Source of the DNA: Nitrospirota bacterium
Lineage (GTDB): Bacteria > Nitrospirota > UBA9217
DNA length: 34,637 bases
Direction: 5' to 3'
Assembly (NCBI GenBank): GCA_029858565.1
Contig: JAOUEV010000036.1
Coordinates: 1-34,637 of the forward strand
Part shown: positions 27,481-34,637 of the stretch, piece by piece
Numbering within the stretch: position 1 is the first letter of the stretch
Layout of the letters: each line of letters begins with the position of its first letter
Position numbers and translations under genes: made by a program
The notes under the pieces: generated by a model
What the model saw: the letters and a program-made list of their open reading frames with translations, nothing else
The model's database searches: none
What the model was told of the DNA's origin: nothing

Positions 27481-28875
27481 TCAGGCCACTTCACCGCCTA
27501 CGGTGATATCCGGTATGCGGAGCGTTGGCTGGGCGTCGCTGACCGGAGAGCCCTGCCCATCCTTGCCGCAGGTTCCGATCGAGAATCCCAGGTCGCTGCC
27601 GACCCGGTCGATGGACATCATGACCGAGGGTCCGCTCCCGATCAACGTCGCGCCCCGCACCGGTTCGCCGATCTTACCGTTCTCGATAAGATAACCTTCG
27701 CTCACCTCGAACACGAACTCGCCGTTCACCGTATTTACCTGGCCGCCGCCCATCTTCCGTACGAACTGGCCCTGCGGCGTGTCCCGCAGTATCCCTGCAG
27801 GCGAATCCGTCCCCGGAGCAATCATAGTGTTCGTCATTCGCGGAATGGGTCGATGCCGGTAGGTTTCCCGTCTTCCGTTTCCTGTTGACCGGACACCGTC
27901 CTTCATGGCCGAAATCCTGTCGTAGAGGTACGTTTTGAGGACCCCGCGCTCCACCAGGACCGTGCGCTGCGCTTCGGTCCCTTCATCATCGAACCGGAAA
28001 GATCCACGCTTTCCCGCCAAGGTCGAATCATCGAGCACCGTGATCAATGGCGTGGCTATCTGCTGTCCCCTTTTCCCTGAATATACCGAGAGTCCCGCCT
28101 GAGCCAGATCGGCCTCCAGGCCGTGGCCCACTGCCTCATGGATCATGGTTCCGCCCGCTTCAGATGACAGCACGACCGGCATCCGACCTGCCGGAGCTTT
28201 CCGGGCGGACAGCATCATGACCGCGCGCCGGCCCGCAATAACGGCCGCCTGTTCGAGCGGAGCGGTCTCGAAAAGTTCCATGCCCGTCAGCCCGCCGACG
28301 GGCTCGTATCCAGTCTGGACGATCCCGTCCTGCACAGCCACTACGTGTACCAGCGCTGTCAAATACTGCCGGTCATCCTCGATGAACCTGCCCTCGGAGT
28401 TGGCGATCAGGACCTGCTGCCGGTTCTCCCGATAGGTCACCATGGCCTGCCGAATGCGGGGATCGATGGCCCGGGCAACACGGTTCGCTTCACGGACGAG
28501 AGCCGTTTTCCGCTCGATCGGAACGGAACCGGGAGCGATCCGAACAGATCCCCCCCGAAAATAGCCGGAACGCTCTAGTCTGATGACGGACACAGGGGGG
28601 GACTCGCTGCTCGAAGCGGCAAGACTCACGGCATCGGCAAGCTCCAGCAACGATGCTGTCGTTATCTCATTGGTATAAGCGTATGCCGTTCTCAGACCGG
28701 AGATCAACCGCAATCCGGCGCCGCATTCAAAACCGGCAAGAACCTTTTCGATCCTGTTGTCCTCGCACTGGATGCTCAGGGGAGATGTCGTTTCCACGAA
28801 CAGGTCCGCATACTCTCCGCCTTTCCTGAGCGCCCGACGCAGGACTGCATGATGATCGATCCCGAACCGCTCCAT
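27481..28875 (-). CDS. tldD: TldD metalloprotease
   Basis: HEAVGHGLEAD, FDDEG, TGNGRRE, PIPRMTNT, GGGQVN, CGKDGQ..PV; GGGAGG SD before MERFG. Confidence 0.95.
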   Translation of the reverse strand: MERFGIDHHAVLRRALRKGGEYADLFVETTSPLSIQCEDNRIEKVLAGFECGAGLRLISGLRTAYAYTNEITTASLLELADAVSLAASSSESPPVSVIRLERSGYFRGGSVRIAPGSVPIERKTALVREANRVARAIDPRIRQAMVTYRENRQQVLIANSEGRFIEDDRQYLTALVHVVAVQDGIVQTGYEPVGGLTGMELFETAPLEQAAVIAGRRAVMMLSARKAPAGRMPVVLSSEAGGTMIHEAVGHGLEADLAQAGLSVYSGKRGQQIATPLITVLDDSTLAGKRGSFRFDDEGTEAQRTVLVERGVLKTYLYDRISAMKDGVRSTGNGRRETYRHRPIPRMTNTMIAPGTDSPAGILRDTPQGQFVRKMGGGQVNTVNGEFVFEVSEGYLIENGKIGEPVRGATLIGSGPSVMMSIDRVGSDLGFSIGTCGKDGQGSPVSDAQPTLRIPDITVGGEVA

Positions 28876-29144
28876 GTCCCTCCCTGACAAAATGACCAAT
28901 TCTTGGCAACAGATTCAAAATAAACTGCGGTGATAATAACATTCGGAAGCAGGCGAGCCCGCATGACACACCCGGATATTCCGCCTTGGTCGGAGAAGAT
29001 TCCAGCACGGTCTTCCGCCGTTGCAACGGGGAAATCTTACTCCACCCCCGGCCCATTTACAATATGTTTGTATTGGTAAAACTGCACCTCCCTGCAACTT
29101 CACAGCGTGAACGAATTTTACTTGGAGCGGAGATAATTAATTGC

Positions 29145-29174
29145 TTGACAATCATCCCTTCCATCAGATACATT
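29145..29174 (+). promoter_or_regulatory. Putative sigma70 promoter of the receiver gene
   Basis: TTGACA-N18-TACATT. Confidence 0.5.
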
Positions 29175-29195
29175 TGAGCTTACAAAGGATTCTCT

Positions 29196-29576
29196 ATGAC
29201 GACCATGCAAAAAAAGATCCTGATCGCCGACGACAATGAAAATATCAGGGATGCCTTGACCTACCTGCTTGAGGATGAGGGATATGAATTGTTCCTTGCC
29301 AAGGACGGCAAGGACACCATCAGAATGGTCCGGGAACACCATCCTGATGTACTGTTCCTGGATATCATGATGCCGGAGATCAACGGTTATGATGTCTGTA
29401 AAACCATCAAGGAAGACCCAGCGCTCAAGCAGACCCATATCATCATCCTGACGGCCAAAGGGCAGGTCGCAGAACAGGAACGGGGCAAAGAAGCAGGCGC
29501 TGATGAATATATCGTAAAGCCGTTCAGCCCCATGGACATCCTCTCCAAGATCAAGACAATTCTGGGCAACCGTTGA
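29196..29576 (+). CDS. Single-domain response regulator (receiver only)
   Basis: ILIADD, FLDIMMP, LTAK, YIVKPF; 126 aa. Confidence 0.93.
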   Translation: MTTMQKKILIADDNENIRDALTYLLEDEGYELFLAKDGKDTIRMVREHHPDVLFLDIMMPEINGYDVCKTIKEDPALKQTHIIILTAKGQVAEQERGKEAGADEYIVKPFSPMDILSKIKTILGNR

Positions 29577-29642
29577 TCTTCGACCGCCTTGCTTCTCCTG
29601 CCGGCCGCATTTCTCTGCCTGACAATCGCCCTGCCGAACCCC

Positions 29643-29672
29643 TTGACTTTCCTCACTTGTTGGCTGTAAAGT
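29643..29672 (+). promoter_or_regulatory. Putative sigma70 promoter of the kinase-regulator pair
   Basis: TTGACT-N18-TAAAGT, 5 nt before the ATG; no SD. Confidence 0.5.
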
Positions 29673-29677
29673 AGCCC

Positions 29678-31957
29678 ATGCTTCGGCTTATCAGCACTCT
29701 TCGCAACAAGGGGCTCCTAACGCCTGTTCTTCTTGTTCTCGCCTCCTTGTTCATACTGTCCCTGATCATCATTCTCGGCCAGATATTCCACCAGACCCTT
29801 CAGAACGAGATGGCAGTTCAGTTCAACAAGCAGCAACTGCTTCTTGCCCAGCAGGTCGCCATCAACATTGATGGTTTCATTGATCACGTATACAAGGACA
29901 TCAGCGTCATTTCCCGGCTGCCTGACGTTGCCGCCGGCTCCATCGGTCCCCGCGCCCGCTCCGTTGTCGAGAACGTGCACTTCCATCTGGAAAGCGACAT
30001 CCTGGTCACCATCCGCATTGTGGGCCCTGACGGGACCATCCTGTACGACAGCTCCGCTCCCGGCAGAGAAGGCGGCAACCTGTCGAAGGAAGACTACTTC
30101 ATCAAAGCCCGGGGCCTCCGTCGCCACGAGAGGATCATAACTGAGCTGCTTGGCCCGGCGGGACTTCCGGGAAATGCGAAAAACTTCATCATCGCGGCCC
30201 CGATCTACCGCGGCGCAGCTGACCGCGAGCCCTCCTTCGGCGGGATCGTGCTCGCCCTTCTATCGATGGATGGCATCACCCAGAAATACCTGGCTCCGGT
30301 GAAGTCCGGCACCCGGGGGTACGCCTGGATGATGGACAGCGCCGGCACCCTTCTCTACCATCCCACACAGCCCCAGATGGTCGGCAAGAACCTTTTCCAA
30401 ACGGACACATCCTGCTTTCAGTGCCACCGGTCCTTTGATTCAGAAAAAAAGATGATCGAAGGCGAAGCAGAGACCTTCGGATATTACGAAGCGCCGGGCG
30501 GCGAGAACAAGGTGGCAGCCTACTTTTCCATCCCCGTGGGGACCCGCACCTGGATCGTCGTGGTATCTGCGCCCTACACCGACGTGATCGCCCTCATGCA
30601 GAAAAGCCGCATGTTCTATTCCTTCCTGATCATTTCCATATTCGTCGCGACGCTCACAGCGTCCGTGGTGTCGATCATCACCTACACGAAAAAAATCAAG
30701 TTCGAGGAGAAGGCGCGCCACCTCGAGAACCAGCGCAAGCTGGAGCAGGAGATCGTCATCGCCAAGAATTACCTGGAGAACATCATCGAGAACACCAAGA
30801 CAAATCTCCTGGTCCTCGATCGCGAAATGCTCGTCACAACCGTAAACACCGCCCAGGCGAAGACCCTCGGTCGATCGAAAAACGATCTCATCGGGAAATC
30901 GTTCTTCCGTATATTTTCCGAACCGCTGCGGCCCTACGACGGCATCCCGATCGAAGCGCTCCTGCACAAGACCGTGAGCTCAGGCAACAGTTTCGAGATC
31001 AAGGAATACCCCATCGCCGGCCTTCAGCCGGAACCGGTCTATCTGGACATGCATGTCAGCCCCTTGCTCATCGCGGGGAACATTTCCGGCATCATCATCA
31101 CGAGCAGCAACGTGACCAAGCGGGTTTTGCTCGAGGAAGCGCTGAAAAAATACACGGTCGAGCTCGAGGTCAAGGTCGACAAGGAGACCGCGACCTCACG
31201 GAAGCTCGAGCAGCAGGTTCTGCACTCGGAAAAGCTGGCCGCCCTTGGCAGGCTCGCGGCCGGGGTCGCCCATGAGATCGGAAATCCCCTGACGTCGATC
31301 TCGACCTTCGCACAGCTGCTGCGTGAAATGGCCACGGACGAGTTTACCCAGAGCAGTCTCGACATCATCAACAACCATATTCAGCGGATCACGGACATCG
31401 TCCGCCAGATGTCCACCTTCGCGCGGCCCGACTCCTCGAACAGCAAGCTGGTTGAGGTCAACGATATCCTTCGGTCATCGCTCGACCTGATGCGTCTCGA
31501 CAAGCGCATGAAAAGCACCATCGAAATATCGACGAACTTTGCGTCGGGGCTCCCGAAGCTGCTGCTTGATGACGGGCAGATCTCCCAGGTTATCATCAAC
31601 ATCATCCTGAACGCTCTCGACGCAATGCCCGACGGAGGAAAACTTATCGTAGCGAGCGGCCAATCCAGAGATGACCAGGGCCGCGACGCTGTCGCTATCA
31701 GTATAACCGACACGGGGACCGGCATCCCGACCGATTCCCTGGCAAAGATATTCGATCCCTTTTACACGACCAAGGAGGTCGGAAAAGGCACCGGTCTAGG
31801 CCTGTCCGTCAGCTACAACATCGTGAAACGGTTCAAGGGCGACATCAAGGTCGCGAGCACGCTCGGCAGCGGGACCACCTTCACCGTGATCCTGCCCATC
31901 CTTACCGAAACGTCCAAGGAGCTCAGCAATGGAAATAACGAACATACTGGTCGTTGA
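29678..31957 (+). CDS. NtrB-type sensor histidine kinase: TM-dCache-like(CxxCH)-TM-PAS-HisKA-HATPase
   Basis: Two TM helices flank a Cache-like region (GYAWMMDSAGTLLYHP) containing CFQCH; PAS; AHEIGNPL, NIILNALDA, DTGTGI, FDPFYTTK, GTGLGL. Confidence 0.93.
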   Translation: MLRLISTLRNKGLLTPVLLVLASLFILSLIIILGQIFHQTLQNEMAVQFNKQQLLLAQQVAINIDGFIDHVYKDISVISRLPDVAAGSIGPRARSVVENVHFHLESDILVTIRIVGPDGTILYDSSAPGREGGNLSKEDYFIKARGLRRHERIITELLGPAGLPGNAKNFIIAAPIYRGAADREPSFGGIVLALLSMDGITQKYLAPVKSGTRGYAWMMDSAGTLLYHPTQPQMVGKNLFQTDTSCFQCHRSFDSEKKMIEGEAETFGYYEAPGGENKVAAYFSIPVGTRTWIVVVSAPYTDVIALMQKSRMFYSFLIISIFVATLTASVVSIITYTKKIKFEEKARHLENQRKLEQEIVIAKNYLENIIENTKTNLLVLDREMLVTTVNTAQAKTLGRSKNDLIGKSFFRIFSEPLRPYDGIPIEALLHKTVSSGNSFEIKEYPIAGLQPEPVYLDMHVSPLLIAGNISGIIITSSNVTKRVLLEEALKKYTVELEVKVDKETATSRKLEQQVLHSEKLAALGRLAAGVAHEIGNPLTSISTFAQLLREMATDEFTQSSLDIINNHIQRITDIVRQMSTFARPDSSNSKLVEVNDILRSSLDLMRLDKRMKSTIEISTNFASGLPKLLLDDGQISQVIINIILNALDAMPDGGKLIVASGQSRDDQGRDAVAISITDTGTGIPTDSLAKIFDPFYTTKEVGKGTGLGLSVSYNIVKRFKGDIKVASTLGSGTTFTVILPILTETSKELSNGNNEHTGR

Positions 31958-33284
31958 TGATGAAAAGGACATCTGCCGCGCCCTGAACATCATACTCTCC
32001 AAGGAAGGCTACTCGGTGACCGAGGCCCACAATGGAGAGCAGGCCGTGGAGATCATTACCCGGCGGTCTTTCGATATCATCATGACCGACATCAAGATGG
32101 AAAAGATGGACGGATTCGGCGTTCTGCGGGAGGCGCAGCGGATCAGCCCGGAAACATCGGTTATCATGATGACCGCATTCGCGTCCGTGGGATCGGCGGT
32201 CGAGGCCATGCGCGCCGGCGCCGTGGATTATATCACCAAGCCTTTCATCAACGACGATATCAGGCTCACGCTCAAACGCATTGTCGAAAGCCGCAATCTC
32301 CAGCGGGAGAACCAGATCCTGCGCCAGGAGCTCAGCCAACGCCGCGCTACGTTCAAGAACATCATCGGTTCATCGGACGCCATGCAGAAGATATTCTCGG
32401 TGATGGAAAAGGTCATCCCGAGCAAGACCAACATCCTGATCACCGGAGAGAGCGGGACCGGCAAGAGCCTGGTGGCCCAGGCCATCCATGAGAACGGTCC
32501 GCGAAAGGACAAACCCTTCATTTCGATCAATTGCGGCGCGATCCCGGAGACGCTTCTGGAAAGCGAGCTCTTCGGCCATAAGAAAGGCTCCTTTACCTCT
32601 GCGGTCGAGGACAAGAAGGGCCTCATCACCATGGCGAACGAAGGCACCCTGTTTCTCGATGAGATCGGGGACCTTCCCGCTGCCCTGCAGGTAAAGCTGC
32701 TCCACGTTATCCAGACCAAGGAGTTGAAGCCCGTTGGAGACACGCGGGTGATCACCGTGGACGTGCGCATCATAGCGGCGACCAACGCCGACCTCGCCCA
32801 GCGCGTGCAGGACCACCGTTTCCGCGAGGATCTCTACTATCGCCTGAACGTCATCGAGATCCGCATGCCGTCGCTCCGGGAGCGGCGGGACGACCTGCCC
32901 GTGCTGATCAAGCATTTTATCGGGGAATTTTCCCGTGACGCCGGCAAGAGCATCAAGGACATCGACTACGAGGCCATGCAGGCAATGATGGCCTACGACT
33001 GGCCGGGCAACATCAGGGAACTCGGAAACACCCTGGAGCGGGCGATCGTCCTTACCGAGGGCGACCTCATCACGCTCCACGACCTGCCGGACAAGTTCCG
33101 GACACTCGATGTGGAGGGAATGGCCACATCGTCTTTGCGCCAGGCGCTGGATGATTTTGAAAGGGAGTATATCAAGCGGAGCATGGCGGAGAACAAGGGC
33201 AACAAGGAAGCTGCTGCGGAACGGCTGGGGATCGACCTTGCAACCCTCTATCGGAAGCTGAAGAAATTGCGCATCGAGAACTAG
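31929..33284 (+). CDS. NtrC-family response regulator (REC-AAA+-Fis HTH)
   Basis: LVVDDE, TDIKM, GESGTGKS, ESELFGH, LFLDEIG, FREDLYYRLNV, WPGNIREL, ATLYRKLK; GAFTGA loop reads GSFTSA. Confidence 0.95.
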   Translation: MEITNILVVDDEKDICRALNIILSKEGYSVTEAHNGEQAVEIITRRSFDIIMTDIKMEKMDGFGVLREAQRISPETSVIMMTAFASVGSAVEAMRAGAVDYITKPFINDDIRLTLKRIVESRNLQRENQILRQELSQRRATFKNIIGSSDAMQKIFSVMEKVIPSKTNILITGESGTGKSLVAQAIHENGPRKDKPFISINCGAIPETLLESELFGHKKGSFTSAVEDKKGLITMANEGTLFLDEIGDLPAALQVKLLHVIQTKELKPVGDTRVITVDVRIIAATNADLAQRVQDHRFREDLYYRLNVIEIRMPSLRERRDDLPVLIKHFIGEFSRDAGKSIKDIDYEAMQAMMAYDWPGNIRELGNTLERAIVLTEGDLITLHDLPDKFRTLDVEGMATSSLRQALDDFEREYIKRSMAENKGNKEAAAERLGIDLATLYRKLKKLRIEN

Positions 33285-33333
33285 TCGATAACTGCAGACG
33301 GGGCGAAGGGCTGTCGAGAGACGGCCGCGGACA

Positions 33334-33660
33334 CTACTTGCCAGGTTCGTCGACCTCCTCAAAATCATCAATGATCTCTATCTCTTCCGCATCTTCCACG
33401 ATTTCCGCCTCAACGGTGCCTTCCGCAGCATCCATCTCGTCTGCGCCGTCGATCGTCACAGTCAGTTTGTCCGCTACCGCTGTAGAGCGTTTTTCCGCAA
33501 GCTTTATGGAGCTTACGCTGGACGCGGGAAGCGAGAGCCACTGCAGCAAGGTCTTGACATTGACCTCGCTTTCCGTCACCTCGATCAGCGTTCCGCGATA
33601 GGACATCCCGTTCGCGATGATCTCCACTTCCTTGCCGATCATCTGCATAAGATCAGGCAT
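33334..33660 (-). CDS. Small hypothetical protein: Sm/LSm-like beta domain plus acidic tail
   Basis: GAGGAGG SD before MPDL; MIGKEVEIIANGMSYRGTLIEV..VSSI pattern; Asp/Glu-rich C-terminus. Confidence 0.65.
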   Translation of the reverse strand: MPDLMQMIGKEVEIIANGMSYRGTLIEVTESEVNVKTLLQWLSLPASSVSSIKLAEKRSTAVADKLTVTIDGADEMDAAEGTVEAEIVEDAEEIEIIDDFEEVDEPGK

Positions 33661-33698
33661 TGTTCCCTCCTCGTTTCCCACACATTGTTCTTTTCATC

Positions 33699-34637
33699 CT
33701 AGATTTCGATCCGCCCCCACCGTTCTCTTCTGTAGCGCCACGCAAGAATGGACAACCGCACAAGCCAGTCGAGGATCATGACCGACCAGACATAGCGGAT
33801 GGGCGCATGCATGATCGTGGCAAGGAACGCGGTCACCGGTATCCTGACAAGCCACATGCCCGCGATAGTCGCGAACATGATGAAGCCCGTATCACCAGCT
33901 CCGCGGAGAGACCCTGTCAGCACCATGGTAATGGCCAGCGGAACCTGCGCGAAGGCAACGATCTTCATGTACAGTATACCATAGCCGATCACTTCGGGAT
34001 CGCTCGTAAATACCCTGAGAAGCAGGTACGGGAAAAAGAAGAAGACCAGTGCCATGCCTGCCATAAGGATGACCGCGAGCCGGTTCGCTTCCGCAGCGGA
34101 TACCCGCGCTTCATCCGACCTGCCCGCTCCGAGGTTCTGTCCCACCATGGTTGCGGCCGCTACCGCAATGCCGTACCCCGGCATGAAGGAGAACGCCTCG
34201 ATCGCGAGACCCACCTGGTGCGCCGCGTACACGGAAGTCCCGTAGAGCAGGATCACTTTGGCGAACAGCATGGACCCGGCATTCTGCAGGAACCGGTCGA
34301 ACATGATCGGCCAGCCCAGCTTGATCATCAAACCGGTCAACGGCATATCGAACCTGCCGGACAGAACAATATATTTCCGGCTGATCGACCGGAGGAACAG
34401 AAAGACAGCTCCAAAACACTCTGATACGGCGATCGCGATCGCCGCGCCTTTGACGCCCAGGTGCGGGAGACCGAACTTTCCGTAGATCAGCGGATAGGCA
34501 ATCATCACGTGCAGGATGTTCACGATCAGCACTGCATATAGCGGTGTCTTCGTGTCTCCGGTCCCGTGCATGATCCCCGACAGCACATTGATCGATATAG
34601 TAAAGATGATGAAGGTGAACAGTATCCGCGTATAGTC
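33699..34637 (-). CDS. MATE family efflux transporter (5' end outside the window)
   Basis: GTGDTKTP, GVKGAAIA, AAHQV, MVGQNLGAG, LRGAGDT. Confidence 0.92.
   Translation of the reverse strand, partial: DYTRILFTFIIFTISINVLSGIMHGTGDTKTPLYAVLIVNILHVMIAYPLIYGKFGLPHLGVKGAAIAIAVSECFGAVFLFLRSISRKYIVLSGRFDMPLTGLMIKLGWPIMFDRFLQNAGSMLFAKVILLYGTSVYAAHQVGLAIEAFSFMPGYGIAVAAATMVGQNLGAGRSDEARVSAAEANRLAVILMAGMALVFFFFPYLLLRVFTSDPEVIGYGILYMKIVAFAQVPLAITMVLTGSLRGAGDTGFIMFATIAGMWLVRIPVTAFLATIMHAPIRYVWSVMILDWLVRLSILAWRYRRERWGRIEI

Noticed and set aside
28900-29140. Possible sRNA or small ORF between tldD and the receiver gene, including the CCGTTGCAACGG palindrome near 29020
   Set aside because: Single palindrome, no terminator, and the short ORFs lack motifs; not enough support

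Overview
This is a gene-dense, fairly GC-rich bacterial chromosome segment. Gene content and order suggest Nitrospirota or a deltaproteobacterial relative (inference only). Most of it is housekeeping on the minus strand: tldD-mogA; zinc-ribbon/YIP1-DUF2752; ROK kinase-lepA-lepB-DUF4845-like-yicC-gmk-rpoZ-coaBC; TPR-roadblock-aroQ-M24 peptidase-efp-accB-accC-thiE-livK-livH-purH; an MgtE-like cytosolic protein with an NRAMP-like transporter; and queD-pmbA. I found no rRNA, tRNA, CRISPR array or mobile element. The best candidate for an undescribed system is a ~1.8 kb module between queD and queC (2032-3808). It contains a Crp/Fnr regulator, a 135-aa membrane protein with the HxH motif of heme-copper oxidases/NO reductases, a CxxC DUF1858-type protein and an unannotated 45-aa CxxC...CxxC protein. 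A divergent promoter region in the module carries two TATGA-N6-TCATA palindromes, each at class II activator spacing. Other notable signals are a sensor kinase with a CxxCH motif in its periplasmic domain, a thiE that seems to need a non-canonical start codon, several apparently leaderless genes, and an in-frame heptamer repeat inside queC. All calls come from motif recognition; no database searches were run.
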